A DNA stretch of 64,000 nt from the human T2T-CHM13v2.0 reference genome, Homo sapiens: assembly GCA_009914755.4 (NCBI GenBank), contig CP086569.2, positions 1,760,001 through 1,824,000 of the forward strand. Direction: 5' to 3'. The stretch's first letter is position 1, and the number at the start of each line of letters is the position of its first letter. The position numbers were made by a program, and so were the translations under genes. This document shows, one piece after another, positions 13,716-39,017 of the stretch. The notes under the pieces were generated by a model. That model saw only the letters and a program-made list of their open reading frames with translations. It ran no database searches and was not told the origin of the DNA.

Positions 13716-14273
13716 TGATGTTACTGCGTTGTGGTAGCCCCGGTGAACTCATCCCACAAGTCATGAGTTCCCAGGTCACCTGCTTCCTCTTGTGGGGGTC
13801 GAGACGCTGTATCTCCCTGGGCAGAAGCCTTTTATGCTGAAAGGGAGGCCTTTGCATTGGCTGAGCTTGAGCGTGAGAGCTGGAGCTGCTGGGATCTTGA
13901 ACACTCCTGGGATCTTGAACCTCCGTGGATGGAGGGAGTGTAGCTGAAAGGATCCAGCCGTCTTCCATCGTTAGCAAGTTAAGTCACCGAGGATCTTCCC
14001 CAGTTGCCTGCCCCAGTTGAGTTTGTCAGAATCTATTCACAGCATCACACGGGCGTGTAAACCACTGGAAGTCCCTTGCCGCCTGTTATTGCTCTTGTTC
14101 TAAGGAGGGGCAGGTGAGGAGGAGGGACCATCCGCAGGTGAGAAATGGGCAGAATATTTGTGGCAGGCATGGTGATTTTTGTCGCCAGCAGACTCTGCCT
14201 GGTGGCGGTGCGGGGGACTTGTGAAACATTTGCAATTGTCTTCCAACTGTTTAGAGATTTCTCGAGGAAATTA

Positions 14274-15317
<1,044 letters not shown>

Positions 15318-15320
<3 letters not shown>

Positions 15321-15995
15321 ATGAGAATTAGTCTGTTCTACGAAATAGACGAGAATTAGTCTAGTCTACGAAATAGACTAGAAATAGTCTAGTCTACGAA
15401 ATAGACTAGAAATAGCCTAGTCTGTTCTACGAAATAGACTAGAAATAGTCTAGTCTACGAAATAGACTAGAAATAGCCTAGTCTGTTCTACGAAATAGAC
15501 TAGAAATAGCCTAGTCTGTTCTACGAAATAGACTAGAAATAGTCTGTTCTCCGAAATAGACTAGAAATAGCCTAGTCTGTTCTACGAAATAGACTAGAAA
15601 TAGCCTAGTCTGTTCTACGAAATAGAGTAGAAATAGTCTAGTCTGTTCTACGAAATAGACTAGAAATAGCCTAGTCTGTTCTACGAAATAGACTAGAAAT
15701 AGTCTGTTCTATGAAATAGAAGAGAAATAGTCTAGTCTCTTCTACGAAATAGACTAGAAATAGTCTGTTCTACGAAATAGACTAGAAATAGTCTGTTCTA
15801 CGAAATAGACTAGAAATAGTCTGTTCTACGAAATAGACTAGAAATAGTCTGTTCTACGAAATAGACTAGAAATAGTCTGTTCTACGAAATAGACTAGAAA
15901 TAGTCTGTTCTACGAAATAGACTAGAAATAGTCTGTTCTACGAAATAGACTAGAAATAGTCTGTTCTATGAAATAGAAGAGAAATAGTCTGTGAT
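15318..15995. repeat. Minisatellite, 28-33 bp unit (GAAATAGACTAGAAATAGTCTGTTCTAC with variants), ~22 copies, at the L1 3' end
   Basis: Perfect and near-perfect iterations of tctacgaaatagactagaaatagtctgt / ...aatagcctagtctgttctacg. Confidence 0.9.
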
Positions 15996-16065
15996 ATCAC
16001 CAGAATTTCTTTGTCTCACAGCCACGGAAATCAAGGACTTGGATGCACTAAGAGTGAGGTTACAG

Positions 16066-16285
16066 GCCGGGCGCGGTGGCTCACACCTGTAATCTTAGCA
16101 CTTTGGGAGGCTGAGGTGGGCAGATTGTCTGAGCTGAGGAGTTCGAGACCAGTCATGGCAAAACTCCATCTTTACTAAAATACAAAAAACAAAAAAAAAT
16201 TCGCCAGGCGTGGTGGCATGAGCCTGTAAATCCCAGCTACTCAAGGCGCTGAGGCAGGAGGATCAGTTGAGCCTGGGAGGCAGAG
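16066..16285 (+). mobile_element. Alu SINE, 3'-truncated by the next Alu
   Basis: GGCCGGGCGCGGTGGCTCACACCTGTAATCTTAGCACTTTGGGAGGCTGAGGTGGGCAGATTG...GCCTGGGAGGCAGAG then a new Alu starts. Confidence 0.85.
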
Positions 16286-16600
<315 letters not shown>

Positions 16601-17182
16601 CCTGCGTTTCTAAGGGAGCAGAGTGCAGGCAAAAGAAAAAGAAGGGGGGGGGGCCGTACCGCAGTAAAATGTAAGGGTTTTTATAAATGAGCTAGTGGGC
16701 AGGAGGTATCTTAGCTACATAGGGCACAAAAAACCGGTTAGGACCAGGTGTGCCATCTGCATAGGGCTGAGTCTGTGCATACGGCTGAGTCTCCCCACCC
16801 CACTCTTTCATCACACAGGCATCTTCGTAGCTTGAGCTACTCCACGTTGACTATCTCCTTCCACCGTGTGCTAAAAAGGGGAGGGGGAGTTTCCGTGCCT
16901 GGCCCCTGGTACCTCCTTGCAGCTGCCAGGCATCCCCCTGCCAACCCATGCCAACCTCCCTATCTTCATGTACCCGAAAAAGGGAAAGGAATGGGCTTAC
17001 CATTATTTTTATTTATGAATAATAAAGCACTGTGCATTTCAGAATTGCTCAGAGTAGGTTTTCCTACTTTCCCTATCTCGGTGAGCTCTGTCTTAGATTT
17101 TTCCTACCTGAGTGTGTCCAAAAAATGGAAAGAAATGTGCTCAGTCAGGCCCCCTGTCTTTACTGGGACCTGTAGTACATAG

Positions 17183-17541
<359 letters not shown>

Positions 17542-17544
17542 TAG

Positions 17545-17853
<309 letters not shown>

Positions 17854-17920
17854 CACGAGCTGCTTTTTGCTAGAAGGAAACTTTTTGCCGGGGGCCCTTT
17901 CACCCTAACTATCCACCTAA

Positions 17921-18290
<370 letters not shown>

Positions 18291-18340
18291 CTCTTGTACT
18301 TGGGCCAAATCAATCCTCTTCTGTCAACTTAAGAAAGAGA

Positions 18341-19075
<735 letters not shown>

Positions 19076-19429
19076 TTTTATTTTTGTTAATTAATAATAA
19101 AGCACTGTGCATTTCAAAATTGTTCCGAGTAGGTTTTATTTTTGTTAATTAATAATAAAACAGTGCATTTGAAAACTGTTCAGAGCAGGTTTTATTTTTG
19201 TGTATTAATAATAAAACAGTGCATTTCAAAACTGTTCAGAGTAGGTTTTATTTTTGTGAATTCATAATATACACTGCACTTCAAAATTCTTCAGAGTAGG
19301 TTATTTCTATTTTTGTTAATTTATAATAAAGCACTATGTATTTCAAAATTGTTCAGTATAGTTTTTTATTTTTGTTAATATAAGCTAACAAAAATAATTT
19401 AATAAGTTAATAAAGTACTGTGCATTTCA

Positions 19430-19841
<412 letters not shown>

Positions 19842-20088
19842 CTATTGCACAGCATGGTGACATAATTAATAATAAAACACTGCATTTCAAAATTGTTCAG
19901 AGTAGGTTTTATTTTTGTTAATTAATAATAAACCACTGTGCGTTTCAGCATTGTTCAGTATAGGTTATTTTTATTTTTGTTAATTTATAATAAAGTACTG
20001 TGCATTTCAAAATTGTTCAGAGTAGGTTTTATTTTTATTTTTGTTAATTAATAATAAAACACTGTGCATTTCAAAATTGTTCAGTGTA

Positions 20089-20420
<332 letters not shown>

Positions 20421-20549
20421 TCAAAATAGCTCAGAGTAGATTTTATTTTTAGTTTTATTTTTGTTAATAATAAAGTACTGTGCGTTTCAAAATTGTTCAA
20501 TATAGGTTTTAATTTTATTTTTGTTAATAATAAATCACTGTGCATTTCA

Positions 20550-20861
<312 letters not shown>

Positions 20862-21424
20862 TCACAGTAGGTTTTATATATATATTTTTAATAATAAAGT
20901 ACTGTGCATTTCAAAATCGTTCAGTATAGGTTTTATTTTTAATTTATTTTTGTTAATAATAAATTATTGTGCATTGCAAAATTGTTCAGGGTCGGTTTCA
21001 TTATTGTTTTTAATAATAAAGTACGGTGCATTTCAAAATTGTTCAGAGATTTTATTTTTATTTTTGTTTAATAATAAAGTATTGTACCTTTCAAAATTGT
21101 TCAGAGTAGATTTTTATTTTTGTTAATTAATAATAAGGTACTGTGCCTTTCAAAATTGTTCAGAGTAGATTTTATTTTTATTTTTGTTAATAATAAAGTA
21201 CTGTGCATTGCAAAATTGTTGAGAGTAGAGTTTTTTTATTTTGGTATGCTTTTGTGTTTTCTTGTTTTGTACAAATTTAGGGGTTCCATGAGAAATTTTG
21301 TTACATGTATAAAACGTGTAGTGATCTAGGTATTCAGGGCATCCATCACCTGAATACAGTATTTTTGTGTTAAGTCTATACACCTTATTCTGCTATGGAA
21401 CCCCAAATGTATTCCTTGTATCTA

Positions 21425-21721
<297 letters not shown>

Positions 21722-22032
21722 ATTCCTCGTATCTTAATGTATGTGTGCAGCCTTTAACCCACCTCTCTGCATCCTCCTCCCTCCGTCTCTCTCACCCTTC
21801 TCGGGCTCTGTTATCTATTTTTCCCCCTAAGTGTTTAGCACTTACCTAGGAGTGAGAACGTGCGATATTGGTCTTTCTGTGCCTGGCTTCTTTCTCTTGA
21901 CATAATGGCCTCTGATTCCATCCATGTTGCAGCAGCCAACAGGATTTCCTTCACTCTTACAGCTCAAGAGTTTTCCCCTTTGTTTATACCCTACGTTTTC
22001 CTTCTCCAGTCATCTGTTTTGTTGTTGTTGTT

Positions 22033-22652
<620 letters not shown>

Positions 22653-22655
22653 TGA

Positions 22656-23037
<382 letters not shown>

Positions 23038-23486
23038 TAAACGTAGGATTTTAAATGCGTGCACCACCCACACACACACACACAAAAGAAAAGTAGGTGA
23101 GGTGAGGGATATGTTAATTGGCTTCATGCAATTATCCCATGATGTGTACATATATCAAAATTTCACACTGTACCCTACAAATACATGCAATCATTGTTTG
23201 TCCCTTAAAAATTAAATTTTCCAAAGGAAGGAGACCAACAGTGGCTTCTGAAGTCGAGGACAGAGCGAGGCTTTGCCCCCTCGGTAAAACATGAATAACG
23301 GGAAATGGAATTTTAAATGTCACCGCAGGAGGAATTTACTCATTCAGGGCCGGGGGCTTCCTCGGACGTCATAAAATCATCTTCAGCTGATGGGAATATA
23401 ATGACAGCCAGCATTATCAGCAGAGAACGGCAGCTTTGAGTGTCTTTATATATTCATTGTTGTCAGTATCAGGGTTCAGAACCTGG

Positions 23487-23582
23487 CAGGTGGAGGTTGT
23501 GGTGAGCCGAGATCACGCCACTGCACTCCAGCCTGGGCAACAAGAGCAAAACTCCATCTCAAACAAACAAACAAACAAAAAA
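23487..23582 (+). mobile_element. Alu 3'-end fragment
   Basis: GGTGGAGGTTGTGGTGAGCCGAGATCACGCCACTGCACTCCAGCCTGGGCAACAAGAGCAAAACTCCATCTCAAACAAACAAACAAACAAAAAA. Confidence 0.8.
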
Positions 23583-23680
23583 TACAAACAGCCCAGCTAA
23601 GGTGAGCTATGAAATGCAGACATTGATAATCAAGACATATGCATTTTTATTTTTTTTTAAATTTGTATTGTATTTATTTC

Positions 23681-24796
<1,116 letters not shown>

Positions 24797-24864
24797 TAGA
24801 AAAAGGATGGGAGATGCAAATCACGCACAAAACTGTCAGCAACAACAACAACAAAAATGTGCTG

Positions 24865-25290
24865 TCACGTCCCCAGAGCGGCCTCAACACAAATCCGAGC
24901 ATCTGGGGTTTCTGGAATCTGGACTCTGATACATTGTTGCGTTTCCCCTGCTAGCAAATGACAATGGTATCCTGCAGGGTGGAAAGAGTGAGAGAGGCGG
25001 GCAGTCCCCGGCTGTTTAAAATAAGAATGTCGGTGCGCCAGGAGGACGGGATACATTCTTTTCCTGAGAGCAGTAAGGGTTCAAGTGTAAGAAGCCAGTA
25101 ATTATCCTGGGGGAAGCGAGAATCGTCAGGGGAGTAGGGGCAAAGAGCCGAGATGGTATCGATGGTGATGAAAACGCCGGCGTATTCGTGAACACCCTGC
25201 CTTACCCACGGGGCCCTCTTGCATTCGGCTGAGGGGATAATTACAAATAATGAGAAGCCTCTGATCTCAATGCATTTACGGCTTTGGCGT
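24865..25290. promoter_or_regulatory. CpG-island-like unique segment (candidate promoter or regulatory element)
   Basis: ~22 CpGs in ~425 bp, of which 18 fall in 25005-25290, giving observed/expected near 0.9 at ~50% GC. Example stretches: GCGAGAATCGTCAGG, GCCGAGATGGTATCGATGGTGATGAAAACGCCGGCGTATTCGTGAAC, TTACGGCTTTGGCGTTTGCGAAAGG. Not repeat-derived; surrounded by CpG-poor sequence. Confidence 0.45.
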
Positions 25291-25619
25291 TTGCGAAAGG
25301 AAGAGAGGAGTGTGAAAAATAACCTATTTTACTATGAATGAGACAAAGTAAGATTTCAGGACAAAAGACACCAGCCAAGAAAGGGGGAATGTTAATCCTT
25401 GTCCCAGACCCTTTTATAAAAGTTATCCTTGATCCAATAATTAATGTATTTGATTTGGCTCAAAGAGACAAGGGTTAAAATTAGAAAAAAAAAAGAAAGG
25501 CTTGCTAAGATGTGAGAAGAAAATGAGAGAAGGAATTTATAGTCATCAAAGTGGGATACATTTGTCCATGGCGTATATGAAGTCAAAATGGAAATTCAGA
25601 TCAGAAACCCACATCTTCT

Positions 25620-26325
<706 letters not shown>

Positions 26326-26536
26326 TCATGGACTAAACAACTTCTCTGAATCCAGGTACATTTAGGTTTTTCTTGGAACGAAGCAAGTTAACCTTTTCAG
26401 ACTATTTCTAAACTTGGGCGTGTCTGCTTGATGTGTGTTTCTGGGATCCTTGCTTCCTCTCCCTTTTCTCCACCTCTTCCCTGCATTTAAATAGTGGGAT
26501 AGCCTCCATAGCCTTCACAGTGTCACTCCTTGTTAG

Positions 26537-27042
<506 letters not shown>

Positions 27043-27635
27043 TAAATTTCTTACGGAAAAAAAAAAATTACAATGTATTCTCACAGGAGAACTACCTTTC
27101 ACCTTTGCCAACTTCCAATTTCGCAGTGCAATAAACAAAGGCAACTTTCTGGGGAGAAAGTGACAAAGCATTAATTATACCTTGCAGAAATCCACGGCAC
27201 TTGTACAGGAAAACTGCCTTGTCTATCATTGGAGGGCAGAACCGTGATGGAAAGAATTGATTTCCGTGGCTGAGCTTCTAGTCAATGCTGGGCGTTTAAA
27301 ACACGGTGTGGAGTGAGCGGTTATGAACAGGCCTGATAAATCGTGTTAGAAGGGTAGGTTTCCAGGTTCACGGTGAAAAGCAGGCTGCACGGCACTTGTC
27401 ACAAAATGCAAAACTGTAATATAAACATCTCCAAGACATTTAGAAACAGCAATTGACATACTCGCTGACGAGGAGGGAGAACAGGCATAAAGGTATTCTC
27501 AGCCTTCTGGGTGTATGAGAAGTTCTGACCTCTCTCTGATGGCTAAATTTTCATTACTGGGTAAGAGAAGAGCGGTCCCTGGAGATTCAGTCCTGCCACC
27601 GACTAACTGAGGACCATGTTGTTTTCTTTTTTCTC

Positions 27636-27927
<292 letters not shown>

Positions 27928-28007
27928 CTTTCTTAATGAGCCGTGAAAAATCAATGGTTCTAAGAATAAGACCAGGATATATTATTTATGTAAATAGGGA
28001 TTTATGA

Positions 28008-28638
<631 letters not shown>

Positions 28639-29189
28639 TGAGTATCCTACTGGACCAGTTGGGTTTGGAGCTACCCTCTAAAATTTCTACTTCTGTAAAT
28701 GAAGTAGTTTTGACACTCACCCCTTGACAAATTGTCAAATGCCACCAGCATCCCCTCCTTTTTTTTTTTTTAGTCGAATTCCAATGTCAAAGACATTACT
28801 AGGAACAATAGCATCGGGGAAAGGATAAATTCTTCCGTGCTTCGTGTCTGGTCTCAAAAGCCCGCAGGGCCATTGTGTTTAACCGTGGGGATTCTGAAGA
28901 TCGCGCCGGCATACCTGTGTGAACTTTTTCTCTTTGTGTGAGCTGGTATAGACTGAAGCATTGTCTGGGTAGAGAAAGGTCATTAATTGTATCAGAGAGC
29001 ATTGAAAACAAACAAACAAAATAAATAAAGAACAGAAAAGCCCGCTGCTAGTCTATGTATTTATGTGCTCCAGCTCCTATCAGGTCCGGTTTTAATTTTT
29101 TAATATAGACCACCAATTTCTTTAAAAGCTGTATGGAAAACTAGTATTTTTTCATAAAGTTTTTTATTTAAAAAACTGGATGAAAGACT

Positions 29190-29496
<307 letters not shown>

Positions 29497-29895
29497 TAAT
29501 ATTTTTAAAGATCCTTAATTAAGCCACAGAATTGCAAGAAAGCACCAAGGAATATTCATTAATTTGGTCAGTAGGCTATTCAACAATTGCAGATTTATTT
29601 CCCGCTCATTGACTGATAATACAATAGGTAAAGGGGATAAAGAATCAATAACCTCTGGGCTGAAGAAGGTCACAGTTCTAAAGAGATTCTGTACTTCATT
29701 CTCTAATTTCAAATAAATGTGGTTTAAATAACCACAGATGGTTGGTTCATACAGGTGTTCAAATTTCAAGGGTTTTTTGTAAACTGCTGAAATTATTATG
29801 GTTTTATGTCCTAGTGTTGGCAGTGACTAAAAATAAGAACTAAATATGTTTAAGAGATGTGAGTTTAAAAATAGAATGCTGTAATAATTTAAAAT

Positions 29896-30200
29896 GGGCT
29901 GGGCACGGTGGCTCACACCTGTAATACCAGCACTTTGGGGGAGGCTGAGGCGGGAGGATGACCTGAGGTCAGGAGTTTGAGACCAGCCTGGCCAACATGG
30001 TGAAACCCTGTCTCTACTAAAAATACAAAAATGAGCTGGGCGTGGTGGCGTGCACCTGTAGTCCCAGCCACTTCGGAGGCTCAGGCAGGAGAATCGCTTG
30101 AATCCAGGAGATGGAGGTTATAGCAAGCAGAGATTGCAGCACTGCACTCCAGCCTGGGTGACACAGTGAGACTCCATCTCAAAAGAGAAAACAAAAAACT
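29896..30200 (+). mobile_element. Alu SINE
   Basis: GGGCTGGGCACGGTGGCTCACACCTGTAATACCAGCACTTTGGGGGAGGCTGAGGCGGGAGGATGACCTGAGG...A-rich tail. Confidence 0.95.
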
Positions 30201-30679
30201 TAAAAATGGCTAGTGACATTCATGGCTTCTTTTCCGGTAATTACTTATTTAGCGATTTGTGACATAGGGATAAAGCAACATCCTGAGAATCACTCTTATC
30301 TGGCTTTCTGTTACTTACAGGGTTCAAATGGCTGATGATATCTTTATATTTGAAGAAATCACAGAACAAGCTCAGAATTAGGATTCTATTTCTGCTTCTA
30401 CTGAAAAATATATTTATTTATGAGATCAGCTGTGCTGTGGGATCTTTTTTATTGGTACGTGATAGTTTATAGATGTCTGCCTTCCATGTGATTTATTGCT
30501 GCCTGCCTAGAAAGTGTAATGATTAAGCTGGGGTATTTGGCGCGTCCAGCACCTGGAGTCATTTCTGTGTGTTAGCAAAATTTCCAGTTTTCTCTTCTAG
30601 CTGCTTTCAAATATATAATACATTCTGGCTAACTATAGTGACCCTGCTCTACCATAGAACATTATAACTTACATCTTCT

Positions 30680-31003
<324 letters not shown>

Positions 31004-31134
31004 TTATATGTTCTATGTAATTGGATCTTTGTGCCCATTAACCAAACTCTTCATCTAACCACTGTCTCCACAAACCATTTCCAGGATCTCTTATCCATCA
31101 TTCTCCTCTATGTCCATGAGATAACCTTTTTAGT

Positions 31135-31300
31135 GCCCAAGTATGAGTGAACACACAGAAAACGTGTCTGTCTGTGTCTGGCTTATTTCATGTAACATAA
31201 TGACCTCCAGGGTCATCCATGTTGCTGCAAATGACAGGACTTCCTTCCTTTTGATGGCTGCACCATTGTATATATATAAAACATTCTCTTTTTCAGACAA
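31135..31300 (-). mobile_element. L1 fragment (antisense)
   Basis: GGCTTATTTCATGTAACATAATGACCTCCAGGGTCATCCATGTTGCTGCAAATGACAGGACTTCCTTCCTTTTGATGGCTGCACCATTGTATATATATAAAACATTCTC resembles the antisense L1 consensus ...AATGGCCTCCAGTTCCATCCATGTTGCTGCAAAGGACATGATTTCATTCTTTTTATGGCTGCATAGTATTCCATTGTGTATAT. Confidence 0.6.
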
Positions 31301-31407
31301 AATAGACTTTAATTCAAATGCTGTCACAAGAGACAAAGAAGGTCTTCATGTAACTCAAAATGGTTGATTCCACAGGAATACATAACAATTGTAAATATAC
31401 ATGCTGA

Positions 31408-31724
<317 letters not shown>

Positions 31725-31766
31725 ATAGATTGTAAGGGAAACATAAGACTGGTACAATAATAGTAG

Positions 31767-32126
<360 letters not shown>

Positions 32127-32559
32127 TGATGGACAATGAGGCGGATTCCATGTCTCAGCTACTGCGCACCGTACTGCAGTAAATACGGGGTTGCAGAAAT
32201 CCCTTCGATATACTCATTTCCTCTCCTTTGGATAAATTCCCAGCAGGGGAATGGCTGGATCAGATGGTAGTTCTATTTTTAGCTTTGTGAGGAATCTCTT
32301 TACTATTTTCACACAGTGCCTCTACTAACTTACATTCCTACATATGCTCTCAAGTCTTAATTTTAGATGTTGGCCTCTTCAGCACTCCCAGCTATAGAGC
32401 ATACAATGGGCAGAAGCCCGTCTAGCTTAGTAAAGATGCTCATTTTCTGGAAGGATGTTTATGTGGGGAGATGAGGCAAGCCCTGCCATATTTGGGGTTT
32501 CTCCTTATTATTTAGCTGTTGATTGTGACATGCCCCATCTGACAATGTACTGAAAGAAG

Positions 32560-33088
<529 letters not shown>

Positions 33089-33123
33089 GTGCAGGCAACT
33101 GGACAACCATGTAAACATGTCTA

Positions 33124-33957
<834 letters not shown>

Positions 33958-34410
33958 TCATGTTCCCTGACTCAGGGCTCGGAGAATTATCTTGAGCGGT
34001 GTGTGTGTCTGCCCATGAGCACAGTTGAGGTGGGGGGGGGTCCCATCGTGCCTGTGTATCCTCAGAAATTTTCCTGAAAGTGTTTGTGACAGGTGAATCA
34101 CAGCCACTCTCAACAAGGGAAAGATGTGAGATTCCCTTGATTTTTCAAACCAACATAAACTAGTGTCCAGCCAACATCGGTGATCTCTGCGTATTCACGC
34201 CAGACCATCATCCGTCGGAACACAGACAGCAAGTGCTCCGGGCGTGGAGTGTTGAGTGATGATTTTCTTTTTCCCACCACTCTGTGACTTTCACATCGTA
34301 TAATTGGAATCTTCGGGTTGTTTTACAACAAGGATTTAGAGAAAAGAAAATCCAGACGCCTGTCTTAATGACTTTCACAAAGCTGGAGATTGCTTTTAAC
34401 AACAAAAACC

Positions 34411-35169
<759 letters not shown>

Positions 35170-35589
35170 TCACCTTTCATGAGGTGAAGGCAAACACCCA
35201 TTCCCTTTGTCTCCAGATTTCAGTCCCCAAGGTCATAGCTTGAAGTCCCTGGAAGGAATTATTTCTCTGTTGAGCCCTTTCCTGAGAAACTTGAGTAAAG
35301 CCAGGAATGTCCGTTGCAGCTTTTCACATGTCTGCAGTGAACTGTGTGGAAGGGAAGACATTTTCCACATCGATTCTTTTTGGTGAAAATAAAGTTGCTG
35401 TCGAAGACGGGTGGAAAATAAGAATATCTTTTAAAGAGAGAAAAGACTTTTGGTGATGCCAGCCTAAACCTATTTCTTCTAATTCCCTTCTGCAAAAAAA
35501 AGAGCAGATGGGCCGAAAAACCTAGTGGGGGAACAAAAGTGCACGGGTATTTTATAGATAAATCAGCAAACCAACAGGAATGCATATAC

Positions 35590-36100
35590 GGAAAAGATGT
35601 AATTTGTTCCTGCTCTTGACAAGTACGTAGAAATATGGAATAATCTTTACGATTGTTGACGAGTATGATAACAATGACAAGAACATTCTGAGGACTTACT
35701 AAGAACGAAGCACTGTGTCCAATTCTTGATTTAAAATCATTCATTTTATTTTCCCAGCAAACCAGAAAGTTAATACGGGTTGAGTATCTCTTATCTGAAA
35801 TGCCTGGGGCTGGAAGTGTTTTCAAACATTTTATTTTTTCAGATTTTTTTATATTTGGATATATAATGAGGTATCTCTAGAGGGGGCTCTTGTCTAAACA
35901 CAAAATCCATTTATGTTTCATATGCATGTTATACACATGATCTGAAGGTAATTTTATATATTTTAACGATTTTGTGCATAAAACAAAGTTTTGACTGCAT
36001 TTTGACTGTGACCTTTCGCATGAGGTCAAGACAAGAGTTCCTTGTTCTTCCTCAACAAACAGAGTCCTCCAACACACACCACCCTTCGTATCATTATAGT
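35590..36100 (+). mobile_element. Composite repeat copy 1 (tandem partner of copy 2)
   Basis: TTTGTTCCTGCTCTTGACAAGTACGTAGAAATATGGAATAATCTTTACGATTGTTGACGAGTATGATAACAATGACAAGAACATTCTGAGGACTTACTAAGAAC...CAGAAAGTTAATACGGGTTGAGTATCTCTTATCTGAAATGCCTGGGGCTGGAAGTGTTTTCAAACATTTTATTTTTTCAGATTTTTTTATATTTGGATATATAATGAG...GTTTTGACTGCATTTTGACTGTGACCTTTCGCATGAGGTCAAG...CAACACACACCACCCTTCGTATCATTATAG. Confidence 0.6.
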
Positions 36101-36985
<885 letters not shown>

Positions 36986-37038
36986 GGAATGGCCAACCTG
37001 TATTATCATTCCTGCATTTTATAGAAGAGGGAACTAGG

Positions 37039-37458
<420 letters not shown>

Positions 37459-38426
37459 TCAAACACAAAGAGTCTCACCTTAGACCCGGGTGCCTCCTAC
37501 CATCCATAAGCTCAAACAATAGACAAAGACCCTTCTCCCAATTCTCAGCCTACATCTGCTGAGGGCCACGTAGTGTCTGCTAAGGGCTTGCTCTCTCTCT
37601 GCTTCAAAGATGGTGCCTTCTTTGTGTTCTCCCATGGCAGAGGGGCAGAAGGAGCAAGCAGAATTTCTCAAGCTCATGTATGAGGGCAGTCATCCTACCT
37701 CCTGATGACCCACACCTCCTAACACCATTATCTTGGGGGTTAAGTTCCAACACGTGAATTTGGCAGACGCACCATCATTGAGATTATAGCCACGTCCTTG
37801 TATCTGATTCAAAGTCTGGAGTACATGCATTTGAGTAATGTGAGCTACGTCATAGGTCAGTACCTTAGAAGACTGAAGACTGCCATTTTTCTTTCTTGGG
37901 AGGAGCCAGGAGGTTCTTCCCCATGCAGGACTCTTCCAGTGGGATTTCTCCAAACTCAGGCCTGCTGTCTAATGCTAGACCACTAGGACCAGAAAAAAGG
38001 AGGATTGCTCACACCATCACTAACTGGACAGAGGGGAGGGAGCAACCAGGGATGCCTGTTGGGTTTGAAATTTTTTACGTCTCTACTGCAAAGCAGGGAA
38101 AGATGAATTGCACCAGCACCAACAATGAAAGGAGATTCTGGAGGAGAGGATCTCATTTTGTGAGGTGCTCCTGCTGCATCCCGATATTTCCACTACTCTG
38201 TGTTTACCTCACTTCTCAAGGCATTCACAAGGCAGAAGCCACTTGTTGTTGCTATGGATACATTGATCAAAAAGACAGAGCAAACCCACAACAGGCAAAG
38301 TAAAATTTCCATGGTCTGAAACTCATGATGCTGGCGAGAGGCAGAGAATGCATCGTTTCCACTTCAGATCTGCTTTTCTGATAGTTTCTATGAAAATGAT
38401 GGTTTTGGTTGCATGGTTTCAGGAAT

Positions 38427-38699
38427 GCTATGGTTTGGATGTTTGTACCCCTCCAAACGTCGTGCTGAAATTTCATCCCCAGTGCTGAAGGTGGGGACTA
38501 ATGGGAGGTGTTTGGGTCATGGGAGTGGATTCCTCACGCACAGATTAGTGCCCATCCTTGAGAGTAAGTGAGTTATCTCTCTTATGAGTTATTATGAAAG
38601 CTGGCTGTTAAAAAGAGCCTGGCACCTCCCCACACACACTCTCTCTCTCTTGCTTCCTGTCTCTACATGTGGTCTCTGCACATGCAGCTCCCCTTCCTC
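38427..38699 (+). mobile_element. MST-type MaLR LTR, 5' part (split by a THE1 insertion)
   Basis: GCTATGGTTTGGATGTTTGTACCCCTCCAAACGTCGTGCTGAAATTTCATCCCCAGTGCTGAAGGTGGGGACTAATGGGAGGTGTTTGGGTCATGGGAGTGGATTCCTCACG...GCTGGCTGTTAAAAAGAGCCTGGCACCTCCCC...TCTCTGCACATGCAGCTCCCCTTCC. Confidence 0.65.
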
Positions 38700-39017
38700 T
38701 CTGTGTCCCCACCCAAATCTATGGTTTGGCTCTATGTCCCCACCCAAATCTCATCTTCTAGCTCCCATAATTCCCATGTGTTGTGGGAGGGACCCAGTGG
38801 GAGATGATTGAATTATGGGGGCAGGTCTTTCTCATGTGGTTCTCATGATAATGGATGGGTCTCATGAGATCTGCTGCCATCCACGTAAAATGTGATTTGC
38901 TCCTCCTTGCCTTCCACCATGATAGTGAGACTTCCCCAGACATGTGGACCTGTACATCCAAAAAACCTCAGTCTCAGGTATGTCTTTATCAGCAGTGTGA
39001 AAACAGATTAATACACT
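38700..39017 (+). mobile_element. THE1 (MaLR) solo LTR inserted into the MST LTR
   Basis: TATGGTTTGGCTCTATGTCCCCACCCAAATCTCATCTTCTAGCTCCCATAATTCCCATGTGTTGTGGGAGGGACCCAGTGGGAGATGATTGAATTATGGGGGCAGGTCTTTCTCATGTGGTTCTCATGATAATGGATGGGTCTCATGAGATCTGCTGCC...CTCAGTCTCAGGTATGTCTTTATCAGCAGTGTGAAAACAGATTAATACAC. Flanked by CTCTG on both sides, a possible 5 bp TSD. Confidence 0.75.

Noticed and set aside
16990-17080. Single copy of the L1 3'-terminal motif (TTATGAATAATAAAGCACTGTGCATTTCAGAATTGCTCAGAGTAGGTTTTCC) 2 kb upstream of the big array
   Set aside because: I could not establish whether the surrounding 16.7-17.2 kb is L1 3' UTR or unrelated sequence. I therefore did not annotate it as a separate element and mention it only within the array finding.
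35259-35825. 188 aa ORF on the minus strand, with similar peptides at 36140-36328 and 32834-33127
   Set aside because: The similarity among the three is explained by their being copies of the same interspersed or duplicated repeat unit. There is no conservation pattern suggesting selection, and the ORF runs through AT-rich sequence with TIR-like ends.
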